Shown: positions 38,590-47,791 of the stretch, piece by piece
Layout of the letters: each line of letters begins with the position of its first letter
Position numbering within the stretch: the first letter of the stretch is position 1
NCBI GenBank assembly: GCA_963703315.1
Contig: OY969811.1
Span: forward strand, 768,001-832,000
Length of the DNA: 64,000 nt
Direction of reading: 5' to 3'
Source of the DNA: an uncultured cyanobacterium
GTDB taxonomy: Bacteria; Cyanobacteriota; Cyanobacteriia; Pseudanabaenales; Pseudanabaenaceae
Position numbers and translations under genes: made by a program
Notes under the pieces: generated by a model
Database searches by the model: none
The model's input: the letters and a program-made list of their open reading frames with translations, nothing else
What the model was told of the DNA's origin: nothing

Positions 38590-41003
38590 TACTGCAAAAT
38601 GTTGTACTCACTTTGAGGCAATATCAAGGTTGATTCGATTTGGTTTTTAACCAGAGGACTGATGTACTCAGCATTATTGAGACATTCAATTAAAAGTCGA
38701 TTGGCATCATGGTAAGTTCTCAATACTTTTAACTGGTTTTCGCTAAATTGCCATTCTTGCGAGCTTTTACGATTATGAACGATCAAGTTGCGTAATGTCT
38801 TTGACCACTCTAAACCCTTTGCTTGCCACCATTTAGCAAAAGTTTCTCTATCTTTGTAAGGATTAGGAAATGTTTGGCGTAAAAGTTGTAATCCTAGATT
38901 TAGATCAGGCTCAAGAGCGCAGGCTAATTCCACAAAGGGATGATTAGAGAAGTAGAGGGCGAGGTCAAGATTTAGAGCAAGATTGATGGTGTAATCAATA
39001 TCGACTTCTGTTTCCATTGTATTGTCAATGCCCAATGATTTTGTCCGAGCGCGTTCTAAGGATCGCGAATGAGCGATATCTAAGGCACGGGCGCGATCAA
39101 GCGATCGCGTATTCTCCAAATCAATATCTAGATATAAAGCCCGAATTGTGACTGCTTTATAGGGAGTTTGGATTTGAATTGACTGTTGATTTACCCATGT
39201 CAAAAATGACTGTAAGTGCGGATCTTTGTTGACAAGTTCATCGATTTTCCGTTTCATCATCTGCAACATCTGATCGGCTTGCTGAGAGATGCTCACAGTC
39301 ATCACAATCACACCGTACCAACGTTTAAAATAGATCCTCTCTAGTAAATATTTCTGGGCAGCCGCAGGATTACTATTGGCAATACGATAGGCAGCAAGAT
39401 AGTCATGTAAGGTCGTGTGAGATAGGGAGTAAATTCCTTTTGCACATTCAATTAAGAGACTATGTTGCCATTTGAGAACTTGACACAGGCGATCGCGATC
39501 AATTTGGAGATGAGATAAACTGCGACTCGCATTAATGCAGGCTTGCAAGTCATTTTCTAGTTCATTGTTTTGCCAAATATAGCCATGCCGATCCAGCGAT
39601 ACGATCGCCACATAGGAAAGTAAATCCTGTGTTTGCGAAATTGATAATTCCTGATTTGTCTGATGAGATAAGCATTTAGTCTGCTCCCATGTAGTCAAGA
39701 GAAGATTTAAAATTTCTTGATAAAAGTTAGGTTTGAGATATTCACAACTATTAAAGACTGTGCAGAGATGGGTCAAAAATAGAGGATTGCTAGCAATTTC
39801 TGCTAAGGGCTGATTTGTTGCTAGTAGTTGCTGAAACTTTTCATCTTTTTTGTTTTTGGGTGAACTAGTAGTTTGAAACCATTTTTTAGCAAATGTAGTT
39901 ATTTGTGATTCTCGAAAAGGTGCAATTTCTATTGTCGAGAAGGATTCTAAAATATGATTATAAATAGCATTACGAGTAGCAATCACCATGCGATTTTGGG
40001 GATAGCGATCGCTAAAGTTAACTATTTGCTGAGCAATTTCTGGACGTTGATGTTCAGGTACATCATCCAAGCCTTCCCAAAGCAAGAACAAGCGTCCTTC
40101 AGTTAATAACTGTTCTATTAGTTTATTACTGGAAAATCCATAATTAAGTAGTTGAGTTTGTAACCATGTCAATGGATGACACTGATTATTAAAATAAACA
40201 AGCGATCGCAGTGGTAAAAATACAGGTAAATAATTGGGAAGAATCTGACTATTAATACAAGCGATCGCCCAATGTTTGAGTAAGGTGGTTTTTCCTACAC
40301 CTAAACCGCCCACCAGCAAAATGAGTTTATTTTTTTCTAGGGCTTGATCTGCGGTAATCGTTGGCGGATAGAGTTTAGCTAGATAAAAGCGATCGTATTG
40401 CTCAGGAGGCACATTAGCAAAAGTTTCATTGAGATCGAGATATTGACTACTCGGTAAATTTGTAAAAACATGAATATCGGTATATAAATCATGTAAATTC
40501 AGTGGATGATTTATATCAATTACTCTAAGGCGATCGCATTGACGTATTAATGTAGAAGCAATTTTTTGGCGTATTGTTTGCACATAATCATCAGTATCCA
40601 TTTGTGAATTTACAGACAAATCATCTAGATAATCATCCAGATCTTGATTGCTATTTTCTAATCGTGAAGCATCATTTGGATTAACAATTGATGCTTCAGT
40701 ATCACTATTGATTTGACTATGATCATTAGATTTCTTTGCTTGAGTATCTATGAGACTATCAATATCTTCTAACGATGTTTCCGAATAAATATTTAGAGGA
40801 AGATTTAGTTTTTCACAAACTAATTCATAGGTATTCCGATCAACAACTTCACCATTTAAGAAGTTCTCAACTAATTGTACTGCCAGATCAAGTTCATCCG
40901 CTAATTGTAAAGCAGTATATCCTTGCAGTAGAATCTCATTTTTTGCTTGATCAAGAACATCTAACGGTACTCTTAGCATAAATGCAGTAACCATATTTCT
41001 CAT
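38586..41003 (-). CDS. NACHT-family NTPase with N-terminal HTH-like region and C-terminal helical domain
   Basis: Walker A GGLGVGKTT, PVFLPLR, LFLLWEGLDDV, ATR, NPLFLT, HTTLHDYLAA; C-terminal WQFSENQ...Y.DANRLLIECLN. Confidence 0.88.
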   Translation of the reverse strand: MRNMVTAFMLRVPLDVLDQAKNEILLQGYTALQLADELDLAVQLVENFLNGEVVDRNTYELVCEKLNLPLNIYSETSLEDIDSLIDTQAKKSNDHSQINSDTEASIVNPNDASRLENSNQDLDDYLDDLSVNSQMDTDDYVQTIRQKIASTLIRQCDRLRVIDINHPLNLHDLYTDIHVFTNLPSSQYLDLNETFANVPPEQYDRFYLAKLYPPTITADQALEKNKLILLVGGLGVGKTTLLKHWAIACINSQILPNYLPVFLPLRSLVYFNNQCHPLTWLQTQLLNYGFSSNKLIEQLLTEGRLFLLWEGLDDVPEHQRPEIAQQIVNFSDRYPQNRMVIATRNAIYNHILESFSTIEIAPFRESQITTFAKKWFQTTSSPKNKKDEKFQQLLATNQPLAEIASNPLFLTHLCTVFNSCEYLKPNFYQEILNLLLTTWEQTKCLSHQTNQELSISQTQDLLSYVAIVSLDRHGYIWQNNELENDLQACINASRSLSHLQIDRDRLCQVLKWQHSLLIECAKGIYSLSHTTLHDYLAAYRIANSNPAAAQKYLLERIYFKRWYGVIVMTVSISQQADQMLQMMKRKIDELVNKDPHLQSFLTWVNQQSIQIQTPYKAVTIRALYLDIDLENTRSLDRARALDIAHSRSLERARTKSLGIDNTMETEVDIDYTINLALNLDLALYFSNHPFVELACALEPDLNLGLQLLRQTFPNPYKDRETFAKWWQAKGLEWSKTLRNLIVHNRKSSQEWQFSENQLKVLRTYHDANRLLIECLNNAEYISPLVKNQIESTLILPQSEYNILQY

Positions 41004-41205
41004 TCCTTATGTTTACAGCTTGTTGAGACTTAAAGTAGTACAGAGAGATTTTTGAAAGTGCGGCAAAGTCGTGCTTTCAAAAATCTCTCTGGGTTTCAAG
41101 TCAGAGCAAAGCGCTTGTAAACAAGATATATCACAATCCTAAATAGTTAAGACTAAAATAAATCGGATTTGGTATAATCAATGAAAATAAGCTAAATTCA
41201 GAATT

Positions 41206-41862
41206 ATGACTGTGACAACAGCATCACAATCCTTAAGAGTTTTGATTGTTGAAGATGATCCATTGATCCAACTTGGGTTAGAGCAATCCCTTTCTCAGCA
41301 GCCAAATATCACCGTTATCGGGATCGCAGACGATGGTTATATCGGTGTAAAAATGGCACAGGAGCTAAATCCTGACATCATTGTCATGGATATTGGTTTA
41401 CCAAGACTGGATGGAATTTCGGCAACCCAGAAAATCAAAAAAGCTTCGCCTAAAGTTCATATTGTGATGCTTAGCTCCCATACTGATGATACGGAAATTA
41501 TCGCAGCGCTATCGAGTGGAGCCGATGCCTATTGTGTGAAGGGTACAAGTACAGAGACTCTTTTAGCTGCTTTTACTGCCGCTAAGGAAGGAGCTACCTA
41601 TCTCGATCCTCAAGTTGCTCGCAAAGTGATGGATCATCTGAAGCCCCCCACTCAACCTGAAAATACTTCACACCTATCACAACGAGAATTAGAGGTGTTG
41701 AAGTTGATTGTGGAAGGCAAGAGCAACCCTGAAATTGCAAAGACGCTTTACCTCAGCCCTAACACGATTAAAACTCATGTACGCGGCATTATGAATAAGT
41801 TATCTGTTGACGATCGCGTACAGGCTGCTGTAGTTGCTTTGCGATCGGGCTTAGTAAACTAA
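41206..41862 (+). CDS. NarL/LuxR-family response regulator (orphan)
   Basis: VEDD, MDIGLP, LSQRELEVL and TIKTHV. Confidence 0.92.
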   Translation: MTVTTASQSLRVLIVEDDPLIQLGLEQSLSQQPNITVIGIADDGYIGVKMAQELNPDIIVMDIGLPRLDGISATQKIKKASPKVHIVMLSSHTDDTEIIAALSSGADAYCVKGTSTETLLAAFTAAKEGATYLDPQVARKVMDHLKPPTQPENTSHLSQRELEVLKLIVEGKSNPEIAKTLYLSPNTIKTHVRGIMNKLSVDDRVQAAVVALRSGLVN

Positions 41863-41959
41863 CTATTAAAGTGGCGGCGCATCGCACCGCCACTTTAATA
41901 GTTGGTGTTGAGGCGATAAAATAAGCAATAATTAAGCAGTAAGTTAAGCGATAAAAACT

Positions 41960-42412
41960 GTGGCACATACCTTTTTAGTGCAACCTGGAAGATGGACTCT
42001 CGAAGGAAATTGGATAGAGCGAGACTCCATGCCAATTGCGGTTAAGGGGAGAACTTTAGTAGGTTGGTCAAAGGATAATTTTTGGTTTACGATGGTCACG
42101 AAGTTGACCTTTCCTGAAAGCGATCGCGAAGAATTAACGATGACTTATAAAGGCAGAATCGACTCGGATGAGCGGCGCTTTACCTTTGTCGTTGATGATA
42201 GCTTTTTGGGAAAAGTCGAAGGAGAGGGAATAATTGGGCCTGACTCAATTGTGCAAAGATACTGGGTCATGGGTGACAAAAAAATGCGAACGGGTTTTCA
42301 GACGTTGCATCGTCGAGATAGCAATATTTACGCGCTAGTTAGTGGGATCATTGCAGGGCAGAATTTAGAAAGCACGATGGAAGCAGTGCTAACCCGTCAC
42401 GTTGATTCTTAA
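41960..42412 (+). CDS. Conserved hypothetical beta-rich protein
   Basis: 150-aa ORF with GTG start; HTFL..GRW.LEG.W pattern. Confidence 0.7.
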   Translation: MAHTFLVQPGRWTLEGNWIERDSMPIAVKGRTLVGWSKDNFWFTMVTKLTFPESDREELTMTYKGRIDSDERRFTFVVDDSFLGKVEGEGIIGPDSIVQRYWVMGDKKMRTGFQTLHRRDSNIYALVSGIIAGQNLESTMEAVLTRHVDS

Positions 42413-42497
42413 ACAAAAAAGGCGTACTAAGTACGCCTTTTTTATATTCAAGCCCCAAAGAGAATTGCGCCGCAACTCTCTTTGGGGTTTGACATAA

Positions 42498-43763
42498 TTA
42501 GCGAGAGCTTACACTTTTAAGCTCACCCGATAAGATATCGATCGCCTTAGCAAATTGTGGATCAGCAACCGTTCCTACTAAATCACGATTTTTATTGAGT
42601 TTTTCGAGATCGTCTTTCGTTAGCTCTACTACCCGATCAGGTACAATCCCCATGTGATTGATGTCGCGTCCATTGGGGGTGTAGTACTTCGCGATCGTTA
42701 CTGCCATCCCAGATCCATCACTGAGAGAATGTACTGACTGCACTAAGCCTTTACCAAAAGTCTTAGTTCCGACAATAACAGCGCGTTTGTTATCCTGCAA
42801 TGCCCCAGACAAAATTTCACTGGCACTTGCGGAACCGCCATCTACTAAAACCACAAGGGGTTTATTGGTGAGAGATTGACGATTAGCAGTTAAGCGCTCG
42901 TTTTCACCTTTACGGTCAATTGTCGAGACAATGGTGGCATTGTCGAGCCACATCCGTGCAATTTCGGCACTGGAATATAGCAGTCCACCAGGGTTTGAAC
43001 GTAGGTCTAGAACGAAGCCAACGGCTCCTTTACTAACGTGATCTTGGATTGCCTTACGCATATCACTTGCGGCATTAGCATTAAACTGGCGCAGGCTAAT
43101 ATAACCAACCTTGCCAATATTCGTATTCCGCAATTCGGCTTTGACTGGATGAATCTCAATCTTGGCGCGTTCTAGCTCAATATCAAATTGGCGATCGCCC
43201 CGCTTAATCCCCAATTTAACTTTTGTACCAGCAGGACCACGAATGAGGGCGACAGCTTGGTTAATGTCCATGCCCTCAGTAGATTTATTGGCGATCGAAG
43301 TAATAATATCCTTAGTCAAAACGCCAGCACGAGCGGCTGGAGAGTCTTCAATCGGAGCAACAACTGTCAATTGTTTGGTGGCATCATCCATGCCGAGTTG
43401 AATACCGACCCCTGTAAGTTCCCCCGAAGTGTCAATCTGCATACTCTTAAATTGCTCAGGGTCCATAAAGCGGGTATAGGGATCATCAAGCAACTTGAGC
43501 ATTTCTCGAACTGAGCGATAAGCCTCAGCTTTGGATGCATAGTCACGATTTTCGACATACTGTCGTCTGACTTGTCGCCAGTCAACCTTGTTAAAAGAGC
43601 CATCAACATATTCCCTGTTGATCAGCTGCCAAGCTTCGTCAACGATTTCTTTGGGGCTATCCCGAAATGCGGCAATGCTAGGATTTGCTAGCTGAAAACC
43701 AACAACTGCGACAGCCGCCGCTAATGCTGCTGTTGTACCAAGTACAAGTCCGCCTTTTGCCAT
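42498..43763 (-). CDS. Carboxyl-terminal processing protease (S41, CtpA/B/C family)
   Basis: DPYTRF, PDZ domain, DLRSNPGG, SASASEI and TFGKGLVQ. Confidence 0.95.
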   Translation of the reverse strand: MAKGGLVLGTTAALAAAVAVVGFQLANPSIAAFRDSPKEIVDEAWQLINREYVDGSFNKVDWRQVRRQYVENRDYASKAEAYRSVREMLKLLDDPYTRFMDPEQFKSMQIDTSGELTGVGIQLGMDDATKQLTVVAPIEDSPAARAGVLTKDIITSIANKSTEGMDINQAVALIRGPAGTKVKLGIKRGDRQFDIELERAKIEIHPVKAELRNTNIGKVGYISLRQFNANAASDMRKAIQDHVSKGAVGFVLDLRSNPGGLLYSSAEIARMWLDNATIVSTIDRKGENERLTANRQSLTNKPLVVLVDGGSASASEILSGALQDNKRAVIVGTKTFGKGLVQSVHSLSDGSGMAVTIAKYYTPNGRDINHMGIVPDRVVELTKDDLEKLNKNRDLVGTVADPQFAKAIDILSGELKSVSSR

Positions 43764-43871
43764 GTCAATTTCCTGAAAGGTTATGTGTGTGTGAGGAATG
43801 GGAGATTCTAAAGTAAATCAACTCTAGCACAGGAGTTTTTAAGCGTGTGATGAAATTACTCAAAGAGGCAA

Positions 43872-43986
43872 TATAGCAAAGCAAATTTTGCTTAGGAGAT
43901 AAGCCCAGAAGATGAGTGGCGGCACAAAGCGCTGCCACTCATCTTCTAGGTTTTGATTTGTACTAGATAAATATTGCTTTGCTGTA
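43872..43986. mobile_element. Full-length (~115 bp) family A element with terminal IRs
   Basis: TATAGCAAAGCAA/TTGCTTTGCTGTA (12/13 match) enclosing a central hairpin. Confidence 0.72.
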
Positions 43987-44073
43987 ATTGCTAATTTGGG
44001 TATTCTGAGAATTTTGTTCTGTGTTGTACCTAATCAGAAATTAGCAGCTTTTGCATCTTCATAAGAGATGAAT

Positions 44074-44087
44074 GTAGCTTCTAATAC
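44074..44087 (+). promoter_or_regulatory. NtcA-binding site upstream of amt
   Basis: tGTAGCTTCTAATACa matches GTA-N8-TAC; amt genes are established NtcA targets. Confidence 0.75.
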
Positions 44088-44273
44088 AAATTGATGCCCT
44101 ATAAGTTGATGAAATCATTTTTGAATAAATTCTCTATGGTAACTATAACAAATGAGCCACTAAGCGCCATAAATTCTTAGCTTCCCTTGAGGGGATGCTC
44201 TTAGAAGCGGTGCTTGTTGACCTCATGTCGCCTTATTGTGATGACAAGAAAACTTTGTGAAAGGATAGAGTCT

Positions 44274-45860
44274 GTGATCAAAAAATTTCTACTGAGTGCG
44301 TTGCTAGTCTTGTGGTTATTGAGTTTTCCTTTTACAGGTCAGACTTGGGCGCAGACAACCACTTCCCCCTCTCCTACGACTAGCCCTACGGAAACTGCTT
44401 CCCCCACGGCAAGTTCTTCGCCTAGTCCTTCAGTTACGGCATCACCCAGTGCTATGCCAACATCGGCTCCAGCAAGTGGTGATGTCGTCACTTTAACAAA
44501 AGAGCAAAAAGAAGCACTTGACAAACTTCTAGCTCCTGCTCCTGCGGCTTCCCCACTCAACTCAGGGGATACCGCCTTTATGTTAGTAGCGGCTGCCCTT
44601 GTTTTACTGATGACTCCCGGTTTGGCATTTTTTTACGGTGGTTTAGTCAGAACTCGTAATGTGCTGAATACGATGATGATGAGCTTACTGCTCATGGCAG
44701 TCGTTGGTGTTACTTGGGTGCTATGGGGATATAGTCTAGCCTTTGATGTAGTTGCTGACGTAGCTAAGGGTACTTTTGGGCAAGGGCTAGAAAAGTTTAT
44801 TGGTGGAGTTGATTGGGTATTTCTCAATGGGGTCAAATTTGATGCACCCGATCCTGTTGGTTATGCAGGGACGATCCCCCATGCAGTGTTCATGGTTTAT
44901 CAAATGATGTTCGCGATTATTACACCTGCACTGATTTCAGGTGCGATCGTTGAACGGATGAGCTTTAAAGCTTATTTTTGGTTTATTCTGCTTTGGTCTA
45001 CCTTTGTTTATTCACCTCTCGCCCACATGGTCTGGGGACGTGGGTTTCTACAAGAACTTGGAGCTTTAGACTTTGCTGGCGGAACAGTTGTTCATATCAG
45101 TTCTGGTGTTGCGGCTGTAGTAGCGGTTTTGGTAATTGGCTCTCGCAAAGATTTTGCGACTAGACCACATACTCCGCATAATGTTCCATACGTGCTTTTA
45201 GGAATTGGACTACTATGGTTTGGCTGGTTTGGCTTTAACGCTGGTAGTGCGCTCTCTGCTGGTCCACAGGCGGCAGTTGCCTTTGTGGCAACTACTGTCT
45301 CTACTTCGGCTGGTGGTCTCACATGGCTATTAGTTGAATGGGTATTACGTGGCAAGCCAACTGCGGTTGGTATTGCTAGCGGATTTTTGGCTGGATTAGT
45401 TGGGATCACACCTGCGGCAGGTTTTGTCACTCCGATTGGTGCGATTTTAATTGGCTCAATTACATCTGTGTGCTGTTTCATTGCTGTGAGTTTGCGTGCC
45501 AAATTCAAGTTTGATGATTCCCTCGATACTTTCTCTGTGCATGGTGTTGGTGGAACTGTTGGCGCAATGTTAACGGGTGTATTTGCAACAAAAGCTGCTT
45601 TAGGCGGAAAGGATAATCTTGGGCTTTTGGATGGTAATCCTATTCTAATTTGGAAGCAGTTTGAAGGTGTTGCTTTTACTTATATATTTGCCGCGATCGC
45701 TACTTTTGTTATTCTGCAAGTTTTAAAACTGTTTATGGACTTGAGAGTACCTCAGTCTGTGGAAGAGCAGGGAATTGACTTACCTGTCCATGGTGAAGAG
45801 GGCTATGGCAGTGATTTTGGTTCTGGTGTATTTGTTGGTTCAAATGCTTCAGAAGGTTAA
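44274..45860 (+). CDS. amt: Ammonium transporter with a S/T/P-rich N-terminal extension
   Basis: GDTAFML, MTPGLAFFYGG, DFAGGTVVH, WFGWFGFNAGS and DDSLDTFSVHGVGG. GTG at 44274 is the probable start. Confidence 0.95.
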   Translation: MIKKFLLSALLVLWLLSFPFTGQTWAQTTTSPSPTTSPTETASPTASSSPSPSVTASPSAMPTSAPASGDVVTLTKEQKEALDKLLAPAPAASPLNSGDTAFMLVAAALVLLMTPGLAFFYGGLVRTRNVLNTMMMSLLLMAVVGVTWVLWGYSLAFDVVADVAKGTFGQGLEKFIGGVDWVFLNGVKFDAPDPVGYAGTIPHAVFMVYQMMFAIITPALISGAIVERMSFKAYFWFILLWSTFVYSPLAHMVWGRGFLQELGALDFAGGTVVHISSGVAAVVAVLVIGSRKDFATRPHTPHNVPYVLLGIGLLWFGWFGFNAGSALSAGPQAAVAFVATTVSTSAGGLTWLLVEWVLRGKPTAVGIASGFLAGLVGITPAAGFVTPIGAILIGSITSVCCFIAVSLRAKFKFDDSLDTFSVHGVGGTVGAMLTGVFATKAALGGKDNLGLLDGNPILIWKQFEGVAFTYIFAAIATFVILQVLKLFMDLRVPQSVEEQGIDLPVHGEEGYGSDFGSGVFVGSNASEG

Positions 45861-45967
45861 TCCCTTTTTTTAAATAATTCCAGACTCTATAAAATGGACG
45901 GCACAATGTGTCGTCCATTTTAATTTATTCCGTTTTCAATCAAAACAAAAAACTAGGTTGGGGAAAA

Positions 45968-45983
45968 TGTATAAACTTACACA
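45968..45983 (+). promoter_or_regulatory. Putative NtcA site (TGT-N10-ACA) upstream of the second amt
   Basis: TGTATAAACTTACACA. Confidence 0.5.
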
Positions 45984-46070
45984 AAACTGATGTACTTGAA
46001 TCTGTTGTTATGAACGTAATTAATCTTTGCATTTGCACAGGTATATTAATTCGTAGAGGAGAATTTTAAG

Positions 46071-47597
46071 GTGTTGGTCTATAAATCAAATCAAAAGAGG
46101 AGACTCAAGAGTTCAGTGAACTGGACTGCTTGTATCCCCTTAGCAGCAATTATCGGGGTGTTTTGGGTATATGCAGCTACTGCTCAAACTGCTACTCCTG
46201 AACCCCTAACTCCTGAAAAAGTTAAGGAAAGTGTTGATGCTCTCAAAGTTGGATTGGATACTCTTTGGGTAGTAGTTGCAGCATTTCTAGTGTTTTTTAT
46301 GAATGCTGGCTTTGCTCTGGTGGAATCTGGCTTTTGTCGTCGGAAAAATACAGTAAACATTCTTACTAAAAACTTAATCGTATTTGCGATCGCTACCATC
46401 GCTTACTGGGCGATCGGATTTGGATTCATGTATGGCGATAATGGGGGAAATGCATTTATTGGGTCAAAAGGATTTTTCCTGAGTGGCGCAGACAATAGCC
46501 CTGCAACTCTAACTAACTATAAGGGGGATTTCCCTGGTCTTAGTTGGACAGGTGTACCACTAGAAGCCAAGTTCTTGTTCCAGTTGGTGTTTGCAGGAAC
46601 AGCAGCAACGATTGTGTCAGGTGCAGTAGCTGAAAGAATTAAGTTTCTTTCCTTCTTACTATTTAGCTTTGTGCTAGTTGGCGTTTCCTATCCAATTACT
46701 GGACATTGGATCTGGGGTGGCGGCTGGTTGGCAAATTTAGTCAAAGATGCTCAGGGTGCTACCACTGGTTCATTCTTTGACTTTGCTGGCTGTACCGTAG
46801 TTCACTCAGTTGGTGGTTGGGGCGCATTGATTGGTGCGGCAGTACTAGGCTCTCGGATGGGACGTTATGGCGAAGATGGTAAAAATCGGGCTATTCCTGG
46901 TCATAGCATGGGTCTTGCGACATTAGGTTGCTTGATCCTATGGTTAGGTTGGTTTGGCTTCAATCCTGGTTCAACTATGGCGGCTGATGGGCGTTTGATT
47001 TCTCATATCGCTCTGACTACGAATATGGGCGCTTCCGCAGGTGGGATCGCCGCAACAATCGTTGCTTGGCTATATCTTGGTAAGCCTGACCTATCGATGA
47101 TCGTCAATGGTATTTTGGCTGGATTAGTCTCTGTTACTGCCTCTTGCGCTTGGATTACTTTGCCTAGCGCGCTCATCATTGGTGCGGTTGGCGGCACAAT
47201 TGTTGTGTTTGCAGTTGGCTTCTTCGATAAGCTGAAAATTGACGATCCTGTTGGTGCAACTTCAGTTCACCTTGTTTGTGGTATTTGGGGTACTCTGGCA
47301 GTCGGTTTATTTGCTGTTGGACAGAAAACAGACATTGGCGGCGGTTATATCTTGCAAGCTGGTGCTGGTCCTAAGGCTGGTCTATTCTTTGGTGGTGGTT
47401 TCGATCAACTCTTGTATCAGTTGATCGGTATTGCTTCTGTTGGTGGTTTTACCGTTGCTTTTAGCTTTATTGCTTGGTACGCGATTTCTCTAATTACTGG
47501 GGGCATTCGTGTTGAGCCAGAAGAAGAGTTCAAAGGACTTGATATTTCCGAGCATGGCATGGAAGCTTATTCTGGGTTTGGCAAAGAAAGCGAATAG
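46071..47597 (+). CDS. amt: Ammonium transporter (Amt1 type)
   Basis: [35 protein letters not shown] and [11 protein letters not shown]. Confidence 0.95.
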   Translation: MLVYKSNQKRRLKSSVNWTACIPLAAIIGVFWVYAATAQTATPEPLTPEKVKESVDALKVGLDTLWVVVAAFLVFFMNAGFALVESGFCRRKNTVNILTKNLIVFAIATIAYWAIGFGFMYGDNGGNAFIGSKGFFLSGADNSPATLTNYKGDFPGLSWTGVPLEAKFLFQLVFAGTAATIVSGAVAERIKFLSFLLFSFVLVGVSYPITGHWIWGGGWLANLVKDAQGATTGSFFDFAGCTVVHSVGGWGALIGAAVLGSRMGRYGEDGKNRAIPGHSMGLATLGCLILWLGWFGFNPGSTMAADGRLISHIALTTNMGASAGGIAATIVAWLYLGKPDLSMIVNGILAGLVSVTASCAWITLPSALIIGAVGGTIVVFAVGFFDKLKIDDPVGATSVHLVCGIWGTLAVGLFAVGQKTDIGGGYILQAGAGPKAGLFFGGGFDQLLYQLIGIASVGGFTVAFSFIAWYAISLITGGIRVEPEEEFKGLDISEHGMEAYSGFGKESE

Positions 47598-47791
47598 TTT
47601 TCATTGCTTAATCATGCAATATAGCTCTCTCTATTTGCATTAGGACAAATTAAACTCCCAAAAGAGAGTTGTGCCACTTCGCGGCGTAACTCTCTTTTGT
47701 CTTTTTGTAAAGTTCATCGTAATTCCGATAGGGTTATCGGCATATAATGGTGGGGCAAAGAAATTAAAAATATAAAAATTCCTGTTGAACC

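Noticed and set aside
43775..43810. ATTCCTCACAC on the minus strand resembling the Yfr1 sRNA motif
   Set aside because: One mismatch to ACTCCTCACAC, no flanking stem-loops, and it lies in the ctp leader.
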